From: Vicugna vicugna
Taxonomy: Eukaryota
NCBI GenBank assembly: GCA_013265495.1
Contig: MU059903.1
Span: forward strand, 186,001 to 250,000
Length of the DNA stretch: 64,000 nucleotides
Direction: 5' to 3'
The stretch's first letter is position 1; each line of letters begins with the position of its first letter. Below the pieces are notes generated by a model that worked only from the letters and a program-made list of their open reading frames with translations, did no database searches and had not been told where the DNA came from. The position numbers and the translations under genes were made by a program. Below, one piece after another: positions 1-11,720 of this stretch.

Positions 1-299
1 ACGTGCCAGCTCCCACGCCACCCAGCACCCCACCCACCAGGGTTTTTTTCTTTCTGAAAGACCCAATGGGGTAGACAATTATTTAAATTTGAAGTACAAC
101 GCCAGAAACTTAATTTGCAAATGTAAATGGCTCTCCCTCATAATCCAACCCTCCTGTCATTTCGAAATGTCACTGTGGTCACAGCATCTGGTCTGGAAAG
201 AGAATAATATTTTTGATCATTGAATAATGATGCTATTCATTTTTCTGAAAAAAAATATTTACAGCAAGATGCAAAATGTCATTTGCCGTGTGTGGTTAG

Positions 300-336
300 T
301 TTTTTTTTTGTTTTTTTTTTTTTTTTTTTTTTTTTT
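300..336. repeat. poly-T tract (one G interruption at 310)
   Basis: Read directly from the sequence. Confidence 0.95.
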
Positions 337-367
337 GTCGTTACTGGAAACTCAAGCCTGCTATTCT

Positions 368-539
368 NNNNNNNNNNNNNNNNNNNNNNNNNNNNNNNNN
401 NNNNNNNNNNNNNNNNNNNNNNNNNNNNNNNNNNNNNNNNNNNNNNNNNNNNNNNNNNNNNNNNNNNNNNNNNNNNNNNNNNNNNNNNNNNNNNNNNNNN
501 NNNNNNNNNNNNNNNNNNNNNNNNNNNNNNNNNNNNNNN
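368..539. other. assembly gap (172 N)
   Basis: N run. Confidence 0.97.
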
Positions 540-1226
540 GCTTAGAAATAGACTAGAATTGCAGATCTGCCGGCCGATGTCCTCTCTCCCCACACGGTAA
601 TGGAATAAAATTATTAATCCAGTAATTGTACAGAACACATTACTTTGCATTGAATGCTCCTGGTTCTCATTTTCTGCCAGTGACAATCGGCCTGGGGGTA
701 CAGATCAGTCCTGCAGGAGCATGGCCAAGAAGAAAGCCCCTCGTTCTCGCCCCGGAGCTCACTGCACCACTGTGATTATTCGGGGCCTAAGACGGCCCTT
801 GGCTCCAGCCAACAAAACAAAGTTAATAAAATGGATTTTGGAATGAGCTATTTTCCAGCTGCAGCTCAGGCGCCAAAGTCAGGATCCACAGCCAGACGAG
901 GGACACCACGTCCATCCTGCGAGCGGGGTTGAGGGTTCGCGGAGCCGGGCACGTTGGGCCGGCCAGAGGGCCCCCACGTGTCTGCTGAGTAGTGAGAGAC
1001 CATGTGCGGCGCCTTTACCAGAAAGAAGCTTGGTTTTTGTGTCACGTGGGTCCCCGTGTCGTAAGGGCTCAGTCAATCATGGCCTGCCACCGCGTGCACG
1101 GGGCCTGGGCTGCAAGGTCAGGGCAAAGACTGAGGGAGGGCTGCAGCCAGACTTGGGGCCAGGCTCCAACACCCTCTGAAATGACCCCAAGAGGGCAGAA
1201 CCCACATTCCTGGTTCTGTCTCCCAG

Positions 1227-1278
1227 CCCTGCTAGACACACCCTGCATCTCGGAAGAAAGATGCATTTGGAGCAGAGG
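1227..1278 (+). other. candidate orphan exon (alternative donor at 1321)
   Basis: Acceptor tcctggttctgtctcccag|, donors GG|GTAAGT (1279) and AGG|GTGAGT (1321). No recognisable protein. Confidence 0.2.
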
Positions 1279-2027
1279 GTAAGTCTGAACGATCGCAGGG
1301 CGGAGGCCTCAACCTGCAGGGTGAGTGCACAGGACTTGGGGGGGCAGGAAGCTGGGCATCTCAGCCTGTTCAATGAAAAGGCCATGCAGGTCTGATCATC
1401 GGAGGCTAAGCGACCTGATCACAGGAGGATAAAGGCCAACACGTCCCATCTTCCTAGAGACGGTGAGAGCTGATTCTGAAGCAGTAACTGCTCTCCAAGC
1501 AAAACGGCAAAAGAGTCTGCCCGCGACTGTGTGCTTATGTGTAAGGTGTGTGACCACACGATGAAACTGGAATCAACACACGCCCCGAGCGGTGTGTGCT
1601 CAACCTGGGTTGTACCAGTGTATGTACGTAAACAGTCCTGGTTTCACGCGCTTTATCACGTCCTTCTTGGAGGGTGGATGTCAATGCCGGAGTGAGGGCC
1701 CTACTATGCGTCCCCAGGATGGACTGGCGGCTTTGTAAGGCAGGCCTTGTCCTTCCTTCCACCCAGATGAAGGACGCGGGTAGTGTCCACTCCGCTGACA
1801 CGCGCTGGAAGTCAATTAGTAAGTGTGCTGTGTTAAAGTTCACTGATCACAGGCCAGTTCACAACCACATGCTGAAGGGGTTGTTTCAAAATGCTGTGTA
1901 TTTGCCACAAGAGGCCCCCGACTCACGTCCACTGAGTCACCCACTGTGGAAGGGAGACTGCAGGAATCACTGGGAAGGCTTCACAGAGCAACACCGTCAG
2001 TCAGCAATGTGCTAAGTGTACTTAAAT

Positions 2028-2255
2028 CAATAGTTCTCAACTGGAGGTGACGACCTCCAGGCCCCTCTCCAGGACACTGACCATGTCCAGAGGCAGTGTG
2101 GGCCATCACACGGGGCGAGGGCGTTGCTGCCGGCAGGGGGCAGAGGCCAACCTCCTCGATGCTGCTAAGCGTCCCACGACGCAGAGGACGGCCCCTGCCC
2201 TCTCCAAAGAGTTACCTGTTGCAAATGCGGATGGGCCTGAGGCTAAGAAACCCTG
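2028..2255 (+). mobile_element. MER20 (hAT-Charlie non-autonomous DNA transposon), full length, diverged
   Basis: Starts caatagttctcaactgg, has internal gatgctgctaagcgtcccacgacgcagaggacggcccc and ends ctaagaaaccctg. Colinear with the MER20 consensus as I recall it. Confidence 0.8.
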
Positions 2256-2779
2256 GTGCAAACGGACAGGTGTTAGCTGCAAAGTAACAGCGATGATAAC
2301 AACCCCGGTCCGGGAGCCTTGCACGCCATCAGCACCGGGCACAGCTGGAGCACTGTGCTCTCACTCCCCCGACGCCCCGGCTCCCGAGGGCCACACACAG
2401 AGGCGGGGCACAGCGGGGCGTTTTCCACTGTGTGTGTGTTTCTTCCCAGCTGAAAGGCGAACTGCGGAGAAGGAGGCGGACGGGGGTTATGGGTTCCTTT
2501 CCCTCGGTCCCTGATTCTACTGAGAAGCGAAAGCAAGACCAGAAGACACACTTTCCTTCTGCGGATGCACATCTAACTGTGGAATTCATGACCTACGTTA
2601 CCTGCCAGCCCACCCACACGGAGAGACGGAGAAGGCGTCGTGCGGTGCCAGCGGCGTGAGGCACAGACATCTGGGTGGTGGCGGCGGCGGCGGCCGTCCA
2701 CGTGCGTGGGAAGCTTCCGGGTCAGAAACTCTAAGGGTCAACATGGGAGCGAGTGGAGGGACGTGGAGCCCCCTTTAAA

Positions 2780-4277
2780 TTTTTTTTCCCACGGTGCTGT
2801 CAAAATTTCTTTCAGACTTCAAACGCCACAGCCTGTCCCCAAATACGTCAGGAAAGGCAACTCAGTAACCAGCCTGGCTGCGTCAGATGCTCTGCTCCTT
2901 AACTTCTGAAAGCACAGGGTGCCTCGCTTTGGTGTTACTGCAGCCTGGAAACGCCGCCTGTGAAAAGCCGCACAGGGAGCTGCCGGACTGACTTCAGCTG
3001 ACTTTATTTCAGAATTCAGCAGGGAGCAAGCCTTTCCCAGAACTCCCTCTCGCAGCCTCTGAATCAGCCTCTAATAAACACACATTTGGGGGAGAAGACC
3101 TGATGGGAGGACCGTCACTTAACGTCCTATTGTTTCATTGATAAAAACGATCTGGGAAGCAGAGTATGTTAACCGTTTCCTCCGGTTTTGCTCGGAGGAC
3201 GCTGAAAGACATTTCTAAAATAGATCTATTTTCTTCTCATTCTGCAGAATAATGCGTGAATGATTATAACACATGCTCTGTCTCCCGTTTTCTCTCTCAA
3301 CCAGTGGAAAGTGCCTGACACTGTAATCACGACTTGTTGGGTTTTCAATCTGACGCTGTCCCATTTTATCATGGTAGTTAAACGTCCATTCTTGTTCGGT
3401 GTGATAAATGTTATGGCCGTTTAACAGTAACGAAAGAGNNNNNNNNNNNNNNNNNNNNNNNNNNNNNNNNNNNNNNNNNNNNNNNNNNNNNNNNNNNNNN
3501 NNNNNNNNNNNNNNNNNNNNNNNNNNNNNNNNNNNNNNNNNNNNNNNNNNNNNNNNNNNNNNNNNNNNNNNNNNNNNNNNNNNNNNTGATTACCCACCTT
3601 CTGCCGACGGGCTGATAGCGGCTGACGGATTAGCCCTCCCCGCGAGGAAGACAATGATATATAGGGCGGTGCGGCTCGCTCTATATATTAATGAGGAGCT
3701 GGCAAAGCTTTGATAAGGCTGCGGAATAATCCATCAGGGCGAGAAGGAGCTTGTAAAACTGGAGGAACATTTCACGGGAAAGCACCTGGGAAGGATGTAA
3801 TGGCCCGGCCGCTAAACGCCTGTCAGCGTCTCCCCGCGGTTGTAATTAGCATCAGATAGCGGGCAGCAGGAGCCCGAGAAGTCCGTCAGCCCCGGCCCGG
3901 CCCCTGCCCCACGCTGCCCGCCGCGCCCTCTCCCACAGCGTAGTTAGCAAGCCGGCAATTAATAGCTCATTTTCTTTGGCATTAGGAGCTGTTTATCTCC
4001 TAAACTCCCTCTTATCGGAGGCTGTTACCTCCAGAAGGCGGGAGGCACCTCGCTTTTCCCTCCACGCTCAGCGGCGGCCCCTTCGCCATTAGATACAATG
4101 CTTCAGACGGCTACTTGAGCCTGAATGCGCCCTTATTACAGGTATTACATAAAATTGCTTGTGTTATGTGAAGGGGATTACAGAGGTTCTGGATCAATAC
4201 CTTCAGGGGATGTTGGGAGTGATTACAGTGCTCTGTCAATTTTCCCCATTTGGCTGTCAGTGTCGATTTACAACACA
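2780..4277. promoter_or_regulatory. candidate developmental enhancer / conserved non-coding block
   Basis: Repeat-free, with TGATAAAT 3402-3409, ATCCATCA 3729-3736 and CTGTCA at 3820, 4233 and 4254, plus many TAAT cores. Confidence 0.45.
3439..3586. other. assembly gap (148 N)
   Basis: N run. Confidence 0.97.
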
Positions 4278-4415
4278 NNNNNNNNNNNNNNNNNNNNNNN
4301 NNNNNNNNNNNNNNNNNNNNNNNNNNNNNNNNNNNNNNNNNNNNNNNNNNNNNNNNNNNNNNNNNNNNNNNNNNNNNNNNNNNNNNNNNNNNNNNNNNNN
4401 NNNNNNNNNNNNNNN
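4278..4415. other. assembly gap (138 N)
   Basis: N run. Confidence 0.97.
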
Positions 4416-6169
4416 TAAAAAGCGTAAACACAAGGAGACTCTTTGTCCTTTTCAAAGCGTCGCGTGGACTGCTGTGGCCGCTGCGACAGGAAACAGCCGT
4501 GACTGAGACATCTCCATCACCCCGGCTTTGTTCAGACCACACCCCGCCTCTTCCTCGCCCCTCATTTTTCAGTCGTGGTGAGGAACCCTGGAGCTGCCGG
4601 ATCTCCGAGGGGGCGAGCGCCCGGACTCGTAGAGCAGGTGTGTCCTCCTGCGCCCATGCCAGCCTCCGTCCTCACCTTGGTCGGCAGACTCGTGTGCAGC
4701 CGAGCAAACCAGCCCCACCTCTGAAACTTCAGGACCACAAATGCTGTCTTGAGAGACTCGCCAACCAGTCGGCAAGCTCCTGCTCAACGTGAGCTGCTTT
4801 TCTTCTTTCTCATTTTCCTTCCTTCTTTTTTCTCTTTCCGTGGGCATGTGCATGTGCACACAAGTGTGGTGGATGAAGCGTGATGTGGAAAGTCAGGAGA
4901 AAGAAGTCCAGAGGCATTTGGGGAAGAGAAAAGTCAAACAGACCCAAGGAAATGCTTTAGGGTCAAAGTCTACATTTTCTGTAGCAACAAAAATTCTCCA
5001 CAGGCACCGAGACCCCATAAGATCTTGGGGCAGTTCATCCTACCTTTCCACACACCTCAGCGTGCATGGGGTGCTGGCTCCTTGGGGCACAGCCTTTTGA
5101 ACCTTAACTTGACGCTTCTCATCAATGTTTTCTATATCTGACCTGAGAGACGCCCTTGGAAACTGTGTACCTTCCACAAATAAGTAAAAATTACATAAAC
5201 AGAGTCAGCAAAGCAACCCCCGCCGAAAGCTTCCCCCAGCGACCGTCTGAGGCTCAGACAGACAACAAACAAACCACTGCGTCCGCCAGCCTATCAACGC
5301 GCACGATTTCTGGTGCTGAAGCAACTCAAGTAACAGTGCTGGGGGAAGGAAAGGACTGTTTACTGTCTGTCCTGGCCAAAAATGTCCTTTGCATAAAAAT
5401 ATACAGACCAGTCCTGAACATCTGTGGCTTTCACATTTGTTCATTCGTGTCTGTGTATTTTTTTTTGATATATTCTGCACAAGTTATAAAGCCAGGAGAA
5501 AACACAGGATTCTATTAGAAACATAATGAGTACGAACAAAACCTCCACAAAATGGGCCCGTATTTTCTGAAAAGCCCCCTTGTCCCAGAGAGCGTATTAC
5601 TTAATATGCAACTGAAGTCGGGGATCTTCAGGATCTGCCACCCTCTGCCCATCACAAACCAGCAGGTTCATGCTAGGTGCCAGGTTTCGCCGTGCTGCAC
5701 ATCTCCACGGCGCAAGCACAGGCTGGACGGACGTGTACAACGTTCTCCTCGACATCGGGGTTAGCCGGGAGGGGTGGGTGTGCAGAGAGGGAGGGCAGGC
5801 AGACTCTCAGCCCCTGGCTGCCCCGCACTGGCCACACCCCAGCCCCCCAGGCCCCCCCTTCCCCCCGACATCGCAGGGACTCGGTCACTGTGTTTCTGGG
5901 TCTCTTCTCGAGCGTGGCACCAGCGAGCCTGCTTCCCTGCCAGGCTCACTGGTCCCCTTTCATGCTCACAGGGACAGAAGGGGAGCGCCATCTCAGTCTC
6001 ACAGGAAACAGAATGCCGGCCCACGCGCCTCACTCTGACGCCTCCATGGGGAAAGGGTAGGCGAGAATCCCAGCCCCTGGTCCTCTAAACCCAGAAATGG
6101 TCTCAATTCAGAAACGCGCGTCAGCCTGGGGTGACGGTTCAACTTGCGAATCTAGGAGCCACTGCGAGC

Positions 6170-6320
6170 AGGGCAGCACAGCACACACTGGGGACAGGGG
6201 GCAGGGCTAGGAGGGGATGGAGACCCACAGGTCTTTAAAACACCCTCCTTGCCCACAAGGAGTTAACGGTCTACTTGGAGAGATGAGACAGAAACTAGCA
6301 GAAAACGGAATTACAGCGAG
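6170..6320 (-). mobile_element. L2 LINE 3' fragment
   Basis: gcacacactggggacag...ccttgcccacaaggagttaacggtctacttggagagatgagacag resembles the reverse complement of the L2 3' end. Confidence 0.4.
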
Positions 6321-7369
6321 ATTTAGAGAACATCACGGTACAGCCACAGCGCAAATACTACGGGACTCAATAGTCTTAACTGTCAAATTAGCTTTACGGG
6401 CTGTGACTGTTACGAATCAGGTAAAAAAGCTCAGGTTTCACTGGAGTAATCAAGAGAAGAATTACAGAGCATCTGAGATTTGAATAGAATTTGGCACACA
6501 AGGGTAACCGCGACGGTCGCAGGCGTTCCTGAGCATGTACAAGTCCATGCAGTTGCTCTTAAAGGAAAGGAGAACTTGATAGAAAACTATAGCACGAATC
6601 TGGCATTCACGCTGATATATGACAAGCTACTGTTTGGAAAACTCCAGCTTCAAAGGAGCAATAATTCACTTTTAAATAGCAACTTATAAAAAACAGCAGC
6701 CTCGAATACACAAACCCCTAGAGTTATGTCTGATGGTACACAGAGGACATACATACTGCATAACCATTTTCAAACAATAATAGAAAATTCAAATTAAGAA
6801 TTTATATGCATCTCTGAAGAAGCCACCAAATTCACTGAGGGAAACAATGCACTTTGACAAAGTTACAGAAAATACTGATTTACTAATAGTCGGCCAAAAG
6901 TCAATTACAATTTTAATAACAAGTCCAGAACAAAAGGAATATCCAGAAGGCTGGTGTCTGGTAAAATACCAAGGTGGGCTGTGTAGAGTGAGCCATGAGC
7001 CCAGAGTTACACTTCACACACTGGTCTGTCCCAAATGAAGCAGGGACGTCATGAAAAGAAACAGAGCTACACAAACATTACAACTTAACGAGCGACCGAG
7101 AAAAAGCCAGCCTCACAGCTGTCGGGGCTTCCCCGTCCTGGCTGGCCGGGGAGAGCTGGAGCCGAAAAGGAACGTGTGGCAAGCCCGGCCTTCCTTCCAC
7201 GCCACCGCCATCGCCGTGGGGGGCGTGTTAACCAGTGAGGGAGCACCCCCTTCCTCCCCCTGCCTCTCCCTTTGCGGTGCGTGGGGAAGGCAGCTCAGTC
7301 ACCAGGCAGCATCTGAAAAGGGCAATTCCCAAAGACGTTCCTGCTTTTGCTCACGAAACCCTTCCGAGC

Positions 7370-7444
7370 ACCAAAGCTGGGCACAGCACGCAGTAGGCAC
7401 TAAACAAATGTCCCTGGGAAAACTGAATGAGTGACGAATGAATG
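7370..7444 (+). mobile_element. L2 LINE 3' terminus
   Basis: ctgggcacagcacgcagtaggcactaaacaaatg...gaatgagtgacgaatgaatg matches the L2 tail (ggcacatagtaggcgctcaataaat...gaatgaatga). Confidence 0.6.
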
Positions 7445-8399
7445 GCGTCATGCAGAGGATAAATGACCATGTAAACTGCGGTGGGGGGGGCTCTGAATCC
7501 TTATACTTGTGTTTTTCCAAAACCAGAGCTAATTTCATGATTGTTTGTTAGTGACTTATTAATGGTATATCTTTGGGCTCTGAATTCTCTTTGAATCTGA
7601 GTTGAATTTTAACTAGTAAGCCTCTATCCATTAGCTGTGTTATTTCTGTTCAGAGGGAAATCAGCGTGATTTAGACTGAAAATAGGACAGGACCGGCAAA
7701 AATGATACTGCCTTCCGTGGAGTGTTGGTGACGTCTGGAAGCCTGTGTTTTAGAAGACTTTGAGAATCCCAGTAACGTCGGGGCAGAGTCAAGATGACCT
7801 GGGCCGCTGCCCAGGGGATGGGCTTTGCGACGGTCCCTCAGCTGTGAACCGCATGTCGCTGCTGGTTTTAATTTGCCAGAACTGAGAGGGCAGAGAGGCT
7901 CCTGGTGCACGTGGGCGCACATATGCGGCCCCGACACCTGTGTGGAAAATCCGCCAGCTTACCGTTCTGATGTAAAACAACCAAAACCACTGGACAGCAA
8001 TAAGGGAGTGACCGAAAAAGAAAGCGTTTCATTCTCTTTTTTTTTTCCTTCTTAATATTGCTTCTTGTTAACAAACATCCATTGTTATTAATTTGGTTGC
8101 TACTTCTAAAAGCAAGTGTTTTGGTGTAACTCTGCTGCCAGGACTTAACCCTTAGGAACGTGCAGCATGGAGAGAAAATAGTAATGGGGGTTTGGGGTGA
8201 CGCGTCTCACAGCTCAAGTGAAAGCTCAAAGTTGAATACTTTGCCCACTGAACGCAGTGTGCCCCCAGGGGGCCTGAGGTGTTCAGTGTTAACTTAGTCT
8301 GACCACGTTCGGGCCAGAAAGGATGCTCCCTGCAGAAGCAGGCTATTTGTGGTCTATTTAGGCTACTGTTCCTTCTGGGGAGAATTTCTTTTCCTTGAG

Positions 8400-8760
8400 G
8401 ACACTTTAACCAAAAAGCGAGATGAATGCAAATGCAGGTGATAGTAAACTATTACCTACTATTACTAGGAGAAAGCCTTCCTAGTTAGAGAGAAAGAGAA
8501 AAAAGCGAAAAAGGAAAAAGGAAGGGCCCATCTAGCTCGCAAGGAATCCAGGATTCTCTAACCCCAGATTCCGAATCGCTCTTCCCCTGCTCCTTGAACA
8601 CTTGACAACACAGGGCGGGCCATCTTCTTAGGTCGCTATTTGATCTGCTAACAGGGCGGACAGTATTAGCAATTTGGGAACTGAGTTCTTAAACCCAAAC
8701 AAAAACGCACGCGGTCTCTAGGTGGGCATTTGCATTATAAAGCGGCCCATTGTGCTCCGA
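8400..8760. promoter_or_regulatory. candidate enhancer with two octamer (POU) motifs and a SOX motif
   Basis: ATGCAAAT 8426-8433, ATTTGCAT 8728-8735, CATTGT 8748-8753. Confidence 0.3.
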
Positions 8761-9949
8761 GATTCTGAACTGCCTCGTTCTGAGTCCACTTTCCCCGGTT
8801 TATACGGCAAGGTGCTGGTGGGTCTGCACCCAGAGGCCCTCTGGAGCTGAGAGGCCAGCCTAAGGCGCCTACGGCGGTGGCTTCATCTTCTGGGGAAGGA
8901 GGCGGGAGGGGAGGGCGCGCGGCAGCAACCTGATGGCAGATTCTAACGGTTAGAGGCGGCTTCCACGAGGAGGGGACTGCGGCAGGCTGCCTCCCTGACA
9001 AAAACCTGCTGAGCTGAACAGACACCGCCTGGCCCCAGCCTGAGTTCTGCTCCTGGGCCCAGAGGTTTCCTGCCCGAGGAAGTGTCTGCATACCTCCCGC
9101 CTTTTGTCTCAGCCGGAGGGTTTAATAGCTCAAGTAACTGAAAAGGACTAACAACAAGGAGGCTCCGGTTTCCAGAGTAACCGGAAAAACAGAGCCCAGT
9201 CTCCATGGCAAAGAGAAAAGCCATTTGCTGCAGCCTTTTCAGGCCTTGAGCCGACACTGACAGTTTTCCTATAATCAGCCCGGTTATTTGTAGCAACTAA
9301 CTATATTATAATGTTAACTATAGGAGGTCTTTGAAAATATTCGGGCTGAAAAACAGGAATGAAAAGTGAACTGGGTTTTCTGTTGCTTGCGCTATGAGTG
9401 CAATTTAAAATGGACAGTTTAAACTTCGTGAAGTAGCCTGTTCTAATGACCCAGCCCCACGGGGGCAGGGCCCTTCTTCCAGCCTCCTGTCCTTAACTCT
9501 CTTAGGGCGTCTACACCTACTCAGAAGTCTGCACACAGTCTCAGTGTCTGGAACGCACGCATTTCCACCGAAGAGCAGAGGAAGAATGGTTAAACGACCG
9601 CCATGCATCTCACTTAATTCACTGCAGAGTGAAGATCCTCTAGCCAGTACGTGGCAGCTGCCGCTTCTTTCAGATACACCCGGGTTGTGCTGTAGGGAGA
9701 GCCTGCCCCTGTCCTGAGGCCACACGTGTCCAGCAGTCCCACAACCCAAGGCTCAGGGTGCCCCCGCACAGGGCCGGGTGCGCCGCGCTGGCCTGGAGAA
9801 GCGCTCGGTTTGACGCTGCTTGCTTTCTGCACACACAGGTGCCGCCAGCCTGGGTGGCCTCCCTGCGCTGTTCCCTTTTTTTTCTTTTTTTTTTACTGTT
9901 CTTTATTTGAACCTGGAATGAACTTGAATGAACTTAAATTTCAGTCTCG

Positions 9950-10650
9950 AACTTTTGTTTAAAAACCAAAATCGTCTTTCTATAGGGCACAGTTAATGAT
10001 AAGGTTCATTATATGTTCAAGTACTATTACAGCACACCTATTACATAATTAATATTATATAATATATTAACATGTATAGTTAATACAGTTCCAACATTAA
10101 GTCTACGCAACATAACTTCCAGGTGAAACCAAAGCACAGTTTACCGACCATTCTTGCGCACACACACACACAAACACCCACACACACGCAGTTAATGATC
10201 GTCTGTCTGTTCCATGGCATACTTCAAATTTCCTGTGCATGCCTAAAAAGATTACTATCAAAATGTGAAGTAACATTACATTAATAGAAAAATGACAACA
10301 ACTGTTTTCAGTTTTCTGGGGAAATAGGAATCTCTTCTTTTTAAGAGATGTAGCTGAAGAAAAAAAATCCAAAGAAAAATCACTTAATTTTTATTCCATA
10401 TATAAGAGCTTCCATCGAAAGTTATCAACTTGTCTTTGTTAGTTAAAGTTTGGAGAATAAAATTTGGGAAATAAATATCATGCCATGCCCCTTAAGATTT
10501 GCCTCTTTCTGAAATGGCACAATTAAAAAAAGAGAAAAAAAAGTGCCCAATAATTTAGATGTTTATTTACATAATTAGCACTAATCAAGGTCTGATTTTA
10601 ATTTTCTCCACCATGTATTAAAAACAAGCATACATACACTTTGTCTTAAA
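9950..10650. promoter_or_regulatory. AT-rich non-repeat island, candidate conserved element
   Basis: Strongly AT-rich, with many TAAT/TAATTA cores and a short (CA)n near 10160. No repeat recognised. Confidence 0.25.
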
Positions 10651-11179
10651 ACTCAGGGGACATGCATGCAAATCTCCACTCAGCCGCTGTTCCTCCTCCC
10701 TAGGAAGAAGCGTCCCCAATGATTAAGGCACAAAGGGCATTTCCAAGCGTGACACACCACGACGGGGACATCACCTGCAGTGTCAGGCGCCCGAACAGCC
10801 CTTCAGCCCCCCAAAGACATCAGGTCCATAGATAATAACACCACTCTTTTTCTGATTTTGTGTTTCTTCCCCAAATCTGTTTGAAAAAATTCAACGTTCT
10901 TCCAAGGGAAGGACCATTCCCAACCAGCTGCTCCACAGAGTTCGCCGGGAGAGGGCGGGCTGAGGGCAGCTGGGGCAGGAGGAAGGGGGACCCCATCCAT
11001 GCTGGAACTGGGGAGGAGGCAGTGATCATTGCTGGACCTCCACCAAGATCACAAGGAAATGCTCCCGGAGCAAAAAGCGATTACCTTGAATCCCAGCGAT
11101 GTCCCGCCTCCACCCTGACCCAAGTCTATTTATCCATCAGCTTGATCTGCGCTCTGCAGGCCTCGCTCCTATTACATGC

Positions 11180-11660
11180 TGGGTTTTATAAATTGCTTAA
11201 AGATAAAAGCTTACCCTGCTGTAAAAAGAAGTAAGATATAATATTGAATTTGCACTAAAATGAAAAGTTTCCCGGTGCCCCTTATATATTTAAAATTGCT
11301 GTTTTCTTGCAATGAATATAATTCACTGTCTTTTCCAAGGTATAATTCCATAAGGGTTGGACCAAACAGAAATGCTCTAATGATTGCAAATGGCTCAAAT
11401 ATTCTGTCCAGTGAGTTAAGTGATAAAAGTTTCTATGTTAAAAGAAATAATAAGTGGAATTTCACACATATTATAGTAATTGTGAAGCATCCAATTTACA
11501 TAGAAATAACGTGAAAGAATTCTGACCACGGTGTTCTAAGTGAGTCATTACATGCATCGCTGAGACATTTAGAAGCTGCAACATGCCAGGTATGTTTCTT
11601 TTAGCATAATAAGTCCTGTAATGGAGCCTTTAAAAGCTTAAAATGTATAGTCAGATTAAC
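11180..11660. promoter_or_regulatory. AT-rich non-repeat island, candidate conserved element
   Basis: Posterior-HOX/CDX-like TTTTATAA near 11184, several TAAT/ATTA cores, no repeat recognised. Confidence 0.25.
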
Positions 11661-11691
11661 CTTTCTGTTTTAAGCGTTTTTTCCCCCTTCC

Positions 11692-11720
11692 AAAAAAAAG
11701 AAAAGAAAAGAAAAGAAAAA
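11692..11720 (+). repeat. (AAAAG)n microsatellite
   Basis: aaaaaaaagaaaagaaaagaaaagaaaaa. Confidence 0.9.

Larger units (their letters stand above)
60..870. promoter_or_regulatory. AT-rich non-repeat block, candidate conserved non-coding element (interrupted by poly-T and N gap)
   Basis: AT-rich, TAAT/TAAA-rich unique sequence in a GC-rich background, with no repeat similarity recognised. Conservation was not tested. Confidence 0.3.

Noticed and set aside
300-539. Poly-T as the tail of a SINE hidden in the first gap
   Set aside because: The 30 nt between the poly-T and the gap and the sequence after the gap resemble no SINE I know. Untestable here.
4560-4795. CpG-rich exon-like stretch with splice-like sites on both strands
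   Set aside because: The signals conflict in orientation and no frame resembles a known protein.
10055-10068. Perfect AT palindrome atattatataatat, and the 15-bp interrupted palindrome at 46939-46953
   Set aside because: Low complexity or expected by chance at this window size.
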